Assembly (NCBI GenBank): GCA_004297545.1
Contig: SCTB01000026.1
Location: forward strand, 10,207 to 74,206
DNA from: Alphaproteobacteria bacterium
Lineage (GTDB): Bacteria > Pseudomonadota > Alphaproteobacteria > Micavibrionales > UBA2020
Direction of reading: 5' to 3'
DNA length: 64,000 nucleotides
This document shows, in pieces, positions 48,937-59,465 of this stretch. Below the pieces are notes generated by a model. The model was not told the DNA's origin and did not search any database. It saw only the letters and a program-made list of their open reading frames with translations. Both the position numbers and the translations under genes were made by a program. Numbering within the stretch: the first letter of the stretch is position 1; each line of letters begins with the position of its first letter.

Positions 48937-49767
48937 GTGAAAGTCGAAAGCCTCCATATCTACCCGGTCAAAGGCTTGCGCGCCGTCGGTCTTGACGCCG
49001 CAGCCGTCGAACCGCGCGGGCTTGCGCATGACCGGCGCTGGATGCTGGTGGACGCAACCGGAAAATTCATCACCCAGCGCGAACAGCCGAAACTGGCGAC
49101 CCTGAAGGCCGACGTCACCGACGGCAGCCTGCGCCTGTCGGGAGAACACGGCAGCATCACGGTGCCGCAGCCCGGCGCGGGAGCCGAGAGGCTGCCCGTG
49201 ATTTTGTGGAAGCAGAATATCGAAGGCTATGTCGCGGCGCCCGAAGCCAGCGCATGGTTTTCCGACTTTCTGGGCACGCCGTGCCGCCTCGTCTGGCAGG
49301 GAGACCTGCCCCGGCCGACATCCGAGCAATATGCGCCGGGGCATCAGGCCAGCTATGCCGACGGCTTCCCGCTGCTCGTCACCGTCACGGCCTCGCTGGA
49401 TGATTTGAACCGCCGCATGCCGCAAGCGCTGCCCATGAACCGATTTCGCCCGAATATCGTCATCAGCGGCGCAGCGCCCTGGGCCGAAGACGGCTGGAAA
49501 AAAATCCGTATCGGCGCGGTCACGCTCGACATCGTGAAACCCTGCACGCGCTGCGTCGTCACCACCACCGACCAGCAGACCGGCGCGAAAGACGGCAACG
49601 AACCGCTCAACACACTCAAAACTTTCCGCCTCCTGCGCCAGCCCGGCCTCACCGGCGTCGTCTTCGGCCAGAACGCGGTTCCCGTCGTCACCGGCACGGT
49701 AAAGGTCGGTGACGCGGTGGAAGTACTCGAAACCCAGACGCCGCCGGTATTTGTTGCTGTCGCGTAA
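48937..49767 (+). CDS. MOSC domain protein (YcbX-like)
   Basis: IYPVKG, DRRWM, YADGFP, RFRPN, KPCTRC. Confidence 0.92.
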   Translation: MKVESLHIYPVKGLRAVGLDAAAVEPRGLAHDRRWMLVDATGKFITQREQPKLATLKADVTDGSLRLSGEHGSITVPQPGAGAERLPVILWKQNIEGYVAAPEASAWFSDFLGTPCRLVWQGDLPRPTSEQYAPGHQASYADGFPLLVTVTASLDDLNRRMPQALPMNRFRPNIVISGAAPWAEDGWKKIRIGAVTLDIVKPCTRCVVTTTDQQTGAKDGNEPLNTLKTFRLLRQPGLTGVVFGQNAVPVVTGTVKVGDAVEVLETQTPPVFVAVA

Positions 49768-49791
49768 CCCCGGCGAAAGCCGGGGTTACGC
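49762..49791. repeat. Perfect hairpin of the GTAACCCCGG family
   Basis: gcgtaaccccggc gaaa gccggggttacgc. Confidence 0.75.
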
Positions 49792-49902
49792 CTACATTAA
49801 CCACCTGTAATCCTTACTCAATATTCCCCTTGAACCCGCCCCCATATTAGGGTTAATCTGCCCGGTGCCGTTTGGGTAAGAACAGTCCACATCCAGTTTT
49901 GC

Positions 49903-49992
49903 GGAGGGGTGGCCGAGCGGTTGAAGGCGCTCGCCTGGAAAGCGGGTAAACTGTAACAGGTTTCGTGAGTTCGAATCTCATCCCCTCCGCCA
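49903..49992 (+). tRNA. tRNA-Ser (GGA)
   Basis: Acceptor stem ggagggg/cccctcc, anticodon loop ct-GGA-aa, long variable arm, gttcgaatc T-loop, encoded CCA; 90 nt. Confidence 0.95.
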
Positions 49993-50159
49993 GCCTTCGC
50001 GTTGATAAAATTGATGACTCGAAGGCTGTCACGCCGTAGCGTTAGCGAAGGCGGACCGGTTCAACTGGAAGGTGCTTCGGCTTGGCGAGCCATTCTTCGC
50101 TCTCGTCGGGCGAAGGCGGACCGGTCAATCGCAGAAACGCAAAAAATTTACGGACGCCC

Positions 50160-50903
50160 ATGGCTACTCCCTATCAACCCACCCCCGAAGACGTTGAATG
50201 GCGTGACAGCCTGCGCAAGCTGCCGAAGGACAAGCTGAACGACAGTCTCTGCGACGCGGTGAGCGCGGGTTCGGTCTGGCGGGTGCAGGAAGCTTTGTCG
50301 GCCGGCGCCAATGCGCGCGGAAACGGGGGCCAGCCGATACGCAAGGCCGCGGTGTCGGGGCACTTGCAAATTGCCGTGCTGCTGACGGATGCGGGCGCGG
50401 ACCTGCATATCAACGGCGAGGAACCGCTGTGCTGGGCCGCGCGCGACGGAAACGCCGCGCTGGTCGAATTTTTCTTGAGCCGCGGCGCAGATGAAAAAAG
50501 CTGGGGCGGCCGCCGCGCCCGGGACTGGGCGGCGGACTACAAGCAGCCGTCCTCCCTCTTCCTGCTCGACCATGCGGCGGAGCTGCGCGAGAACAAGGCC
50601 AAGACCGGCTCCGGGCTGGCCGAAAAAGCAATGCAGGATATCGAAAACGGCGCCCCCCTGCCCATGGCGGATATCAAAAAGAACGATGCCTTCAGCGATA
50701 TCTATATCTACGCGCTGGCCGATGCCGGAAAGCTCGACCTGCTGTTCGAGCCGAAATCATGGCTGGGCGACATCGACGGGATGAAACAGCTCTGGACCCG
50801 CCTCCCCAGAAAATGCCAGGACCATATCGACCTCTCCGAAAAAACCGCCGCCGTCAAACGCGAAGCCCTGAAGTCCGCGAAGATACCGAAGATGAAGTGG
50901 TAG
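50160..50903 (+). CDS. Ankyrin repeat protein
   Basis: PIRKAAVSGHLQIAVLLTDAGAD, PLCWAARDGNAALVEFFLSRGAD. Confidence 0.85.
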   Translation: MATPYQPTPEDVEWRDSLRKLPKDKLNDSLCDAVSAGSVWRVQEALSAGANARGNGGQPIRKAAVSGHLQIAVLLTDAGADLHINGEEPLCWAARDGNAALVEFFLSRGADEKSWGGRRARDWAADYKQPSSLFLLDHAAELRENKAKTGSGLAEKAMQDIENGAPLPMADIKKNDAFSDIYIYALADAGKLDLLFEPKSWLGDIDGMKQLWTRLPRKCQDHIDLSEKTAAVKREALKSAKIPKMKW

Positions 50904-50913
50904 AAAAAATTAT

Positions 50914-51895
50914 ATGGTCAAAACATCGGACGTCTATCCACGAATTTCTCACTACACCACGCTACAAGGAGCGGTGGGCATTCTTCAGTCACAATCCCTC
51001 TGGAGTACGCATTGCAAATTCTTAAACGACACTTCGGAAAGAATTCTAATTAAAGATAAGCTGATTGAAATTCTCTATCCTCACGTACTGAAGAAATGTC
51101 AGGCGCTTATCGAAAAATATCCAAAAATCAAGAGTAGCGTTGATTCAGACGGAGGCGTGGCCGCAGTCGCAAAAAATGAAACAGCGACAATTGTAGACGT
51201 ACAGTATCGTGTAACTGGAGATGAAATCTACGTAACTTCATTTTGCGGAGAAACTGGAGACGCCTATATTGACCGAAATGGCCTGCTGAGCCAGTGGCGA
51301 GGCTACGGCAGGGATGGCGGGATAAGCCTCGTATTCAATACAAAAAAAATGGAAGATATTCTGCAAATGGAGGCCGATACTTATAGCTATGCGCACCTCT
51401 CTTTAGATGACCTCATTTATAGCCACGATACAAAAAAAATTTGAGGCGGAATTGTCGAAGCCCCTGTCCGACTTATCACAATTTGTAACAGACCTGTTCT
51501 GGCAAGCGGTGACAAAAGAAGGCTCAATTCCCAATGCAGAAAAAGCCTACCCGGCATTCGTACAATGCATAAGCCGTTACAAGCATAGAGGCTTTCAAGA
51601 GGAGCACGAGACTCGAATTATTGCTGTCCCGGTCGTTCAAGATGAGGAATTTATTCAGCTTTCTAAGGAAAGAAATCACAAACTCCAACCGGAGAAGGTC
51701 AGAAATTTTCGGGACAAACATGGAGAGCGAGTACCGTACATTGAACTTTTCATCTCAAAAGAAATTCAGCTTCCTATAGAAAAGGTAATTGTTGGGCCAC
51801 ATAAAGAAAAAGAATCGCGCTCTGCTGCGCTAAAGGTTCTTTTAAGAAAGACGGATATTGAGGTGGTTACGTCGGAAATACCCTACATTGGTTAA
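50914..51895 (+). pseudogene. DUF2971-like gene split by a frameshift in an A8 tract
   Basis: HYTT, SFC, LSQWRGYG in ORF1; KHRGFQEEHETR, VIVGP in ORF2; deleting one A at 51432-51439 fuses them; low GC. Confidence 0.75.
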
Positions 51896-51971
51896 CACCA
51901 ATCAATAGGCTCGGCGTAAATTGAACTCTATGAGATTTTAAACCACGGTCACGGCGAGCGACAAAGAAACG

Positions 51972-52655
51972 TCATTTCGGCGCGGCCGGAGCCGTCGGTT
52001 TCCATTCCTTCACGCGCTTTTGCACCTCGGCAAGCTGCGCGGGTGACAAGGCTGGTTCGACATCGGCGCGCGACTCTGTCGCAAGCTCTTTTATGTGCGC
52101 GATGTCCACTGAACCGGGGGCGAACCCGTAGACGGACAAATCGGCATAAGCGTTCGATGCGATGGCAAGGCTGTACCAGAAATCGGCTTCGGCCTTGTCC
52201 GGCTTCAGGTCGCCGTAGCCTTCCACATACATCGTGGCGAGGCTGGCCTGGGCGGCGGGGAAGCCGCCGTCGGCGGCCTTGCGAAACCATTTCGCCGCCT
52301 CGTTCATATCCGGCTTGAGCGCAGCCCCCATGTTATAGGGCGGATGGCCGCAGAATTTTCCGTTGTCGTACAGTGTTCCGGCCAGCCATGCCGCCACGGG
52401 ATCGCCCTGGTCGCCCGCCCTGGTGTACCACTTAAGGGCGCCGCCGAAATCGCCCATTTTCTTTTCGTGCAGTATGCCCATGGCGACCTGCGCATGGACA
52501 TCGCCTTTGGTGGCGAGCGGCTGAAGGTATATCATGGCGTCCTGGTTGTTGCCGCTGAGCAGGGCGGCGATTCCGTCCTCAAGCCGTCCCGCACGGGCGG
52601 TGGATGCGCAGAGGAGGAGCGCGATGACGATAAAACAAAAACGCATGGGATTCAT
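51972..52655 (-). CDS. Sel1-like repeat exported protein
   Basis: Signal peptide; KWYTRAGDQG, KWFRKAADGG, AQASLATMY. Confidence 0.85.
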   Translation of the reverse strand: MNPMRFCFIVIALLLCASTARAGRLEDGIAALLSGNNQDAMIYLQPLATKGDVHAQVAMGILHEKKMGDFGGALKWYTRAGDQGDPVAAWLAGTLYDNGKFCGHPPYNMGAALKPDMNEAAKWFRKAADGGFPAAQASLATMYVEGYGDLKPDKAEADFWYSLAIASNAYADLSVYGFAPGSVDIAHIKELATESRADVEPALSPAQLAEVQKRVKEWKPTAPAAPK

Positions 52656-52815
52656 TCATACCGCCCTTCGGCTTCCAGTCGTGTTTTTCGCCGTGGCCGT
52701 CGCGGCATAGAGGCTATCGCAGATAGCCATGGTATGTTTTAGCATTTCATGAGCATCATGACAATTGCGCGTATGTTATGAAATCAACGTGGCCAGCGTC
52801 ATTTAAACCGGCTTT

Positions 52816-53151
52816 TTAGAAAGCATACCCGGGCTTGGGTTCTTTTTTACGCTTCACATCGCGCAGGGCTTCGTAAACTTCGGATGCCTCGCGGCGCGCC
52901 CTGGCGTCGAGGGATGAGGCCGCGTCGAAAATCCGCTTCAGGGGCTGGTGCGCCTGCAGCCCGTCGTCTTCAACGCGTTTCAAAACTTCGCGCACGCCCC
53001 TGGTCATTTTCGCGCCGAGGGCGTTGAAACCGTCCTTGGTGAATTGGAAGACGGCGGGGTCCTGGTCCCAATATCCGTAGTCGTCCCGCATCTCGAGGAT
53101 TGTGTCGGCAAGAACCTTGTCGCTGATCGTTTTAAGGCGGCTGCGGGGCAT
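52816..53151 (-). CDS. Hypothetical protein
   Basis: AGGAG RBS before ATG 53151; tail KKEPKPGYAF. Confidence 0.6.
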   Translation of the reverse strand: MPRSRLKTISDKVLADTILEMRDDYGYWDQDPAVFQFTKDGFNALGAKMTRGVREVLKRVEDDGLQAHQPLKRIFDAASSLDARARREASEVYEALRDVKRKKEPKPGYAF

Positions 53152-53321
53152 CGAGGTTTCTCCTTGTGCTGAAAACAGTTGCCGGAATCTATAAAACAAA
53201 TTATGGAATACGTCAATGCCACGGGTTAAGCCGTTTGAATCTAACCCTATTCCCGAGAGAAGCCGAGGGCATGCTTTTGTGTAATACTATGACGCGTTAA
53301 TGAAGGTGTTCCTGTTACCCC

Positions 53322-54941
53322 ATGCTCCGCCTGACCGACATCAAGCTGCCGCTCGACCATCCGCCTGAGGCTATCGCCAAGGCGGCGATTGCGAAGCTCG
53401 GCATTGCGCCGCAGGATATGACCTCCTGCACCGTCTTCCGCCGCGCGCATGATGCGCGGAAAAAGACCGCCATATTGCTGATCTATTCTCTGGATGTGGA
53501 GGTGAAGAACGAAGCTTCGGTGCTGAACCGCTTCGCCAGTGACCCGCATGTGAAGCCGACGCCGGATATCGATTACCGTTTCGCCGCCCGCGCGCCGGAG
53601 GGATTTTCAAAACGTCCGGTGGTGATCGGCGCCGGGCCCTGCGGGCTGTTCGCGGCGCTGATACTGGCGCAGATGGGCTTTCGCCCCATCATCCTCGACC
53701 GCGGCAAGGTGGTGCGGGAGCGCACGAAGGATACCTGGAAGCTATGGCGCAAATCGGAGCTGAACCCGGAATCCAACGTGCAATACGGCGAGGGCGGCGC
53801 CGGCACATTTTCCGACGGAAAGCTCTACAGCCAGATCAAGGATCCTCGCCACCTGGGCCGCAAGGTTTTGACCGAATTCGTCAAGGCCGAGGCGCCGCCG
53901 GAGATATTGATTGAGGCGCATCCGCATATCGGCACCTTTCGCCTGGTGAAGATGGTCGAGAATATCCGCGACACCATCGAATCATTGGGCGGCGAATACC
54001 GCTTTGAAAGCCGCGTGACGGACCTCGACATCGAAACCGGTCCGGACGGCGCGCGGCAGCTGCGCGGCGTGGGGCTGGCCGACGGCACGCATATCGCGGC
54101 GGATCATGTGGTGCTGGCCATCGGCCATTCCTCCCGTGATACCTTCCAAATGCTGCATGACCGCGGCGTCTATGTGGAGGCGAAACCATTCTCCATCGGT
54201 TTCCGCATCGAGCATCCGCAGTCGCTCATCAACGTCGCGCGCTTCGGCCCCAATGCGGGGAACGAGATTTTGGGCAATGCGGAATATAAACTTGTGCATC
54301 ACGCCAAAAACGGGCGCGACGTGTACAGTTTCTGCATGTGTCCGGGCGGCACGGTGGTGGCCGCGGCGTCGGAGGAAGGGCGCGTCGTCACCAACGGCAT
54401 GAGCCAGTATTCGCGGAAAGAGCGCAACGCGAATGCCGGCATTGTGGTGGGCATCACGCCGGAGGTGGATTACCCTGGCGGGCCGCTGGCGGGCGTCAAC
54501 TTCCAGCGCAAATGGGAATCCGCGGCCTTCGTGGCGGGCGGCGGCACCTATGCCGCGCCGGTGCAGCTGGTGGGCGATTTTATCAAAGGCGTGCCGAGCA
54601 CGGCGCTCGGCAGCGTCATTCCCTCCTACAAGCCCGCCGTCACGCCGACGGATTTGTCGTCCTGCCTGCCCGAATACGCCATCACCGCAATCCGCGAGGC
54701 GCTCCCCGTCTTCGGGCGGCAGATAAGGGGCTATGACATGAATGACGCCGTGCTGACCGGCGTGGAAACGCGCACCTCCTCCCCCATCCGCATCAAGCGC
54801 GACGATACTTTTCAGAGCCTGAACACGAAGGGCCTCTACCCCGCGGGCGAAGGCGCGGGCTATGCGGGCGGCATTCTGTCGGCGGGCGTCGACGGCATCA
54901 AAGTCGCCGAGGCCGTGGCGCTCAGCATGCTGGCGGGTTGA
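53322..54941 (+). CDS. NAD(P)/FAD-dependent oxidoreductase (conserved uncharacterised family)
   Basis: VIGAGPCG, GEGGAGTFSDGKL, FCMCPGG, GEGAGYAGGI. Confidence 0.9.
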   Translation: MLRLTDIKLPLDHPPEAIAKAAIAKLGIAPQDMTSCTVFRRAHDARKKTAILLIYSLDVEVKNEASVLNRFASDPHVKPTPDIDYRFAARAPEGFSKRPVVIGAGPCGLFAALILAQMGFRPIILDRGKVVRERTKDTWKLWRKSELNPESNVQYGEGGAGTFSDGKLYSQIKDPRHLGRKVLTEFVKAEAPPEILIEAHPHIGTFRLVKMVENIRDTIESLGGEYRFESRVTDLDIETGPDGARQLRGVGLADGTHIAADHVVLAIGHSSRDTFQMLHDRGVYVEAKPFSIGFRIEHPQSLINVARFGPNAGNEILGNAEYKLVHHAKNGRDVYSFCMCPGGTVVAAASEEGRVVTNGMSQYSRKERNANAGIVVGITPEVDYPGGPLAGVNFQRKWESAAFVAGGGTYAAPVQLVGDFIKGVPSTALGSVIPSYKPAVTPTDLSSCLPEYAITAIREALPVFGRQIRGYDMNDAVLTGVETRTSSPIRIKRDDTFQSLNTKGLYPAGEGAGYAGGILSAGVDGIKVAEAVALSMLAG

Positions 54942-54954
54942 CGCGGCAAAGCAA

Positions 54955-54986
54955 AATGGCGGGGCGCTGTCATGCGCTCCGCCATT
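54955..54986. terminator. Hairpin between convergent genes
   Basis: aatggcggggcgc/gcgctccgccatt stem. Confidence 0.55.
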
Positions 54987-55007
54987 GCTTGTTGTTGACC
55001 AGTCTTA

Positions 55008-55961
55008 TCAGGCGCCGGGGGTCGGCGCCGGAGCCGGTTTCGCCGGCTGGCCCGGGATGGCCGCCTTTTCAAAGGTGGTCTGGCCGGGGTTGACGACGCT
55101 TGCGATACTCAGCGCAGCCTGGTTGATGAGCGCCTTGGCGCCGGCGAGCTCCTTCGCATTGGGGAGCTCCTTGTCCTTGGGAGCCGGCTCGGCATCCTGA
55201 TAATCGGCTGCCTTCATTGTCGGGAAGGCGGTCAGTTCGACCGTCATTTCCTTGATCTTCAGGCGGCGCCAGATGCGCTTGAGCGTCTGGTTCTCGTTGT
55301 ACATGGCGTAGCAATCGTGCAGGTCGGGCCTGTTCGTGGCATCCTGGCCGTTGACCGACAGGACCTTGATGGCGACCGGTTGGACCACAACGTCCTTGTC
55401 GAGAGAAACTTCCTTGCCTTCCTTGTCCTGGCCCTTTTCACCGAACAATATCGTGAAGAGAGGGGCGCGGAAAAGCGCCATCTTGTTGGTCGGCGTCGTC
55501 GTCGCTTCGGGGAACACGATGGTGTTATAATCATCGTTGAAGTTCTTGATGACCTTGGCGCGCGACTGCGGGTTGAATTCGGCCGAACGGCGCAGGCCGA
55601 TGTATTTCACCGCGCGCGCCATCTGGGCGACGACGGGCCACTTCAGAATATCGCCCTTGCCGGCGAAGGTGGCGTTCAGCGTGCTGCCCAGCACCACGAA
55701 GTCGATGATCGACTGGTGGTTGGCGACAAACCAGGTCCGCTTGTGCTTTTCAACCGGCGCGGAAGCTTTGTTGAATGCGACCTTGACGCCCAGCAGCTTG
55801 CCGAGACCCTTGTAAATAAGGTTGGGGATGGCCGTGTTATGCGACACCTTGCTGACGACGAAGCCCTGGAAGGCCGTGAGGGCCAGGACCGGCACGAAGG
55901 CCGCGATGCCGATGGCGGCGCGGATGGTGGCACGGGTGTTATCGCGTAATTTTTGTAACAT
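55008..55961 (-). CDS. Lysophospholipid acyltransferase family protein
   Basis: NHQSIID (HX4D), VFPEATT, VQPVAI. Confidence 0.85.
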   Translation of the reverse strand: MLQKLRDNTRATIRAAIGIAAFVPVLALTAFQGFVVSKVSHNTAIPNLIYKGLGKLLGVKVAFNKASAPVEKHKRTWFVANHQSIIDFVVLGSTLNATFAGKGDILKWPVVAQMARAVKYIGLRRSAEFNPQSRAKVIKNFNDDYNTIVFPEATTTPTNKMALFRAPLFTILFGEKGQDKEGKEVSLDKDVVVQPVAIKVLSVNGQDATNRPDLHDCYAMYNENQTLKRIWRRLKIKEMTVELTAFPTMKAADYQDAEPAPKDKELPNAKELAGAKALINQAALSIASVVNPGQTTFEKAAIPGQPAKPAPAPTPGA

Positions 55962-55993
55962 TTTTTGTTTTCCTTGTTTCCTATGAGGGGTTG

Positions 55994-57103
55994 TTATCCT
56001 GCCAGCTTGGCGGGTGTCGGCTTCAGCGCCAGTGCGATGCGCTGGCGGTAGGACTCCTGCGCTTCCTGGCTGAACTTGTCGTTTGCGGGCGGCTTCAGCA
56101 GATCGAGCCCGTCGGGGATGTCCTTGCGGTTGATCGCGTTTACAAGCGCATAGAGCGCAACGCGCGAGAAGCCGTTGTTGCGGTCGTCCACCGTCACATA
56201 ATGCACCATCTCATGATAGCTGCGGCGCTGCGTCCAGGAGGGATAGAGCGGATCAAAGCCCTTCTTGTCGCGGTTGCCGGTATTAACGTCCACCTTGTAT
56301 TCATAGAGCGTCGGGCGCGCCGCTGCCTGCACGAAAACATAGGACGGCGAGAGCTTGCGGATGTTCAGCGGCTTCTTGTTCTTTTCTTTCACGTAGCCGG
56401 TCGTAAAGGCGCGGCGCAAGGTGCCGAAAAGGCCCCAGGCGAGGTTCTTGAAACGGTTGATGCGGTCATTGCTGGCCACCAGGCCTATCGTGTTATAGCG
56501 GTCGAGCTCCTTGGTCGGACGCGAAATGACGCCGGCGGCGATAAGCACGACTTCCTTCGCCATTTTATTGGCTTCCTCTTCGGTATAGCCGATCTGCTTC
56601 ATCATCTTGGTTGCGGCGTTGCGGGTTTCCTGCGCGACAATGGTGCCGGCGCTGTAGCCGAAGAACGTCAGGTTGCGCAGGCGCTTTGCGGCCTCCTCCG
56701 GCGGGATCTTGTGGCCGAGGCAGGAGCCGTCGGGCATGCGCCTGAATTCGTCAGAAACCAGCGGCATGATCACATGCTCGGCCAGGATATAGCCGGCGAT
56801 GGATGCGCGTTTGCTGGGGAGCGAGTCGTAAGCCGCGAGGTTGAACAGGTTGCTGAGGCCCTTGTGCGACCAGGCGTAGATTTTCGGCTTCACGCTGTCG
56901 TCGGGCGCGTACTTGAGGACTTCCTCCATCTTCTTGATGGAGCCGGAGACATAGCCGGGGCGGTTGTTGTTGGTGAGGAAGCCGGACAGATAGACGATCG
57001 TGGGGCTGTCGATTTTGAACTGGCTGAAATCGACTTCCTTGAGTTGCACCTTGCCCGTTTCGTCGGGGACGCGCTCCCACAGCTTGCCTTGTTTATCGCC
57101 CAT
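55994..57103 (-). CDS. Hypothetical alpha/beta-hydrolase-like protein
   Basis: IVYLSG, FGYSAG nucleophile elbow; AAGGA RBS before ATG 57103. Confidence 0.55.
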   Translation of the reverse strand: MGDKQGKLWERVPDETGKVQLKEVDFSQFKIDSPTIVYLSGFLTNNNRPGYVSGSIKKMEEVLKYAPDDSVKPKIYAWSHKGLSNLFNLAAYDSLPSKRASIAGYILAEHVIMPLVSDEFRRMPDGSCLGHKIPPEEAAKRLRNLTFFGYSAGTIVAQETRNAATKMMKQIGYTEEEANKMAKEVVLIAAGVISRPTKELDRYNTIGLVASNDRINRFKNLAWGLFGTLRRAFTTGYVKEKNKKPLNIRKLSPSYVFVQAAARPTLYEYKVDVNTGNRDKKGFDPLYPSWTQRRSYHEMVHYVTVDDRNNGFSRVALYALVNAINRKDIPDGLDLLKPPANDKFSQEAQESYRQRIALALKPTPAKLAG

Positions 57104-57432
57104 CGTTTTTGATTCCTTATTACACACCCGGAATTTTGGGGATTTATAACCCTTCTCCATGAATATGTCAAATACTGAATCAGGCCCGTTAAAATCATTG
57201 GGTTTTTAGGGATCTACCGCATGCCATGCGGAGCCGGGTGGGTATTTATTCAAGTTCTGGATTTTACAATTGAAGGGCGCCAATTTCTTTTACCATAACG
57301 CTTGACTTTTGTCCGGTCCTCGTATAATTTTCGTCAGCTTATGAAAAGAGAGCGTGTGTCTCTTCAGAATCAATCAGGTCCGTGAGCCTTGAAGAAGGCC
57401 TCTGAACCGCCCGAAAAGAGGAAGCCAGTACC

Positions 57433-59418
57433 ATGACCCCAGATGCCGTCACCGAATCCCAGACCCCTGCGCCCGCGAAAACAGCCGAACAGCTCTGGAA
57501 AGAAAACTATCCCGCCGGTCTGAAATGGGACGCGGAAATTCCCGTGACGAATCTGGTGCAGATGTTCAAGGATTCGGTTGCGAAATACGGCGACCGCCCC
57601 TGCCTGAACTTCTTCGGCAAGCAATGGACCTATAAACAGGTCGACGAAATGTCCGACCGTTTTGCGAAAAGCCTGCAGGACCAGGGCATCGGCAAGGGCA
57701 ACCATGTCGGCCTGTGCCTGCCGGATCTGCCATTCCATGTCATCGCCTATTACGGCGCGCTGAAAGCGGGCGCAACGCTCGTCAACATCAACCCGCTCTA
57801 TGCCCCGCTGGAGATGGCGCACATCATCAAGGACTCGACCTGCGATGTGATGGTGACCTTCAACAACAGGCAGCTGCAGGACAAGCTGGACAAGCTGACC
57901 AATGACGAGACAGGCCTGAAAAAGACCATTGTCTGCGACATCGCTGACGTGCTGCCGCCAAAGAAGAAATACGGGCTTGCCGTGCTGACCTCCGCCAAGA
58001 AAGCGTTTGGTCCGTTGCTGCCGCTCATCGCGAAACTGCCGGGCGACGTCAAGGTGAAGAAGGACGCCGACGGAAAGGTGCTCCCGCTCAAGGGCTTCGC
58101 GAAGTTCAAGAGGTCGCTGCTGGATTTCGGCAAAAGCGATACCTTCAAGGTGGTGGAAGACGACAAGCATATTGCCTTTTCGACCATGATGAAGAGCAAA
58201 GGCCCGGTCGCCCCTGTCGAGATTTCACCCGATGACATCGCCGTGCTGCAGTTTACCGGCGGCACAACGGGCGTTCCCAAGGCCTGCATGCTGACGCATG
58301 CCAACCTCACCGCCAACATCGCGCAGAGCGAGATGTGGTTCAGCGGCGGAAAGGATGAAAAATCCGACAAACAGAAAAAAATGCTGGCGATCCTGCCGTT
58401 CTTCCATGTCTTCGCGATGACCGTGCAGGAAAACCTTGCGCTCAAGCTGGGCGCGGAACTCGTGATGCGGCCGATCCCGGACGTCAACAAGGCCGTCAGG
58501 GTCATCGACAAGCACAAGGCCGACATGTTCGCCGCCGTCCCGTCGATGTACGAGTCGATCCTGAAGGCGAAGGTGCCGAAGGTCAATCTTCTTTGCAGGA
58601 TTTTCAACAAGGTCTCCCACCCTCTGACGAAGACGAAGACGGAATACGACCTGTCTTCCGTCGACCTGTGGCTGACGGGCGGCGCGGCCACGCCCGAGAC
58701 GCTCGAAGCGGCCTGGAAGAAGCGCACCGGCAAGGCCTTCACGAAGGGCTACGGCCTCTCCGAAACCTCGCCGCTCGCGGTCGCGATTCCGCTGGGGCGG
58801 GATATCGTCGGCTCCATCGGCCTGCCCGTGCCCGGCACGCAGGTGCGCGTCACAAGCATCGCAAAAGCGCCGGATATTTCCGACGAGGTGCTGGGACTGG
58901 GCGAAAACGGCGAAATCTGCATCAAGGGCCCGCAGGTCATGAAGGGCTACTGGAAGCACGATGACGAAACGGCAAAAGTGATGGACAAGGACGGCTACTT
59001 CCACACCGGCGACACCGGCTATATCGACCCGAAAACCGGTTGCATCTACATCACTGGCCGCATGAAGGATATGATCAACCGTCAGGGCATGAAGGTCTTC
59101 CCCCTGAAAGTCGAGAACGCAATGCTGCTGCACCCGGCGATTTCGGAAGTCTGCGTCGTTGGCGTGCCGGATCCAAAAGTGGATGAGGAAGTCAAAGCGC
59201 ATATCGTGCTGAAAGAAGGCGCGAAGGCGACGCCGGAAGAACTCAAGAAGTTCCTGCTCGAGCGCCTGGCGCCCTACGAAGTTCCGCACCTGTGGAAGTT
59301 CCGCGACAGCCTGCCGAAGACCAACATCGGCAAGCCCGACAAGAAGGCGCTGAAGTCCGAAGACAAGGCCGAACTCGAGGCAAAGGCAGCGGCCCCTGCG
59401 CCGGCGCCCAAGCCTTGA
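57433..59418 (+). CDS. fadD: Long-chain fatty acid-CoA ligase
   Basis: QFTGGTTGVPK, GYGLSETSP, GPQVMKGYW, FHTGD, LPKTNIGK. Confidence 0.9.
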   Translation: MTPDAVTESQTPAPAKTAEQLWKENYPAGLKWDAEIPVTNLVQMFKDSVAKYGDRPCLNFFGKQWTYKQVDEMSDRFAKSLQDQGIGKGNHVGLCLPDLPFHVIAYYGALKAGATLVNINPLYAPLEMAHIIKDSTCDVMVTFNNRQLQDKLDKLTNDETGLKKTIVCDIADVLPPKKKYGLAVLTSAKKAFGPLLPLIAKLPGDVKVKKDADGKVLPLKGFAKFKRSLLDFGKSDTFKVVEDDKHIAFSTMMKSKGPVAPVEISPDDIAVLQFTGGTTGVPKACMLTHANLTANIAQSEMWFSGGKDEKSDKQKKMLAILPFFHVFAMTVQENLALKLGAELVMRPIPDVNKAVRVIDKHKADMFAAVPSMYESILKAKVPKVNLLCRIFNKVSHPLTKTKTEYDLSSVDLWLTGGAATPETLEAAWKKRTGKAFTKGYGLSETSPLAVAIPLGRDIVGSIGLPVPGTQVRVTSIAKAPDISDEVLGLGENGEICIKGPQVMKGYWKHDDETAKVMDKDGYFHTGDTGYIDPKTGCIYITGRMKDMINRQGMKVFPLKVENAMLLHPAISEVCVVGVPDPKVDEEVKAHIVLKEGAKATPEELKKFLLERLAPYEVPHLWKFRDSLPKTNIGKPDKKALKSEDKAELEAKAAAPAPAPKP

Positions 59419-59465
59419 TCAACGGCAACGTCGAACGAACATAATTATAAAGAGGGAGATGTAAC

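Noticed and set aside
51341-51350. Second A8 tract in the DUF2971-like gene as a frameshift site
   Set aside because: Reading frame and family-like sequence continue through it
49903-53200. Integrative element or prophage at tRNA-Ser
   Set aside because: No integrase, phage genes or duplicated tRNA 3' end were found
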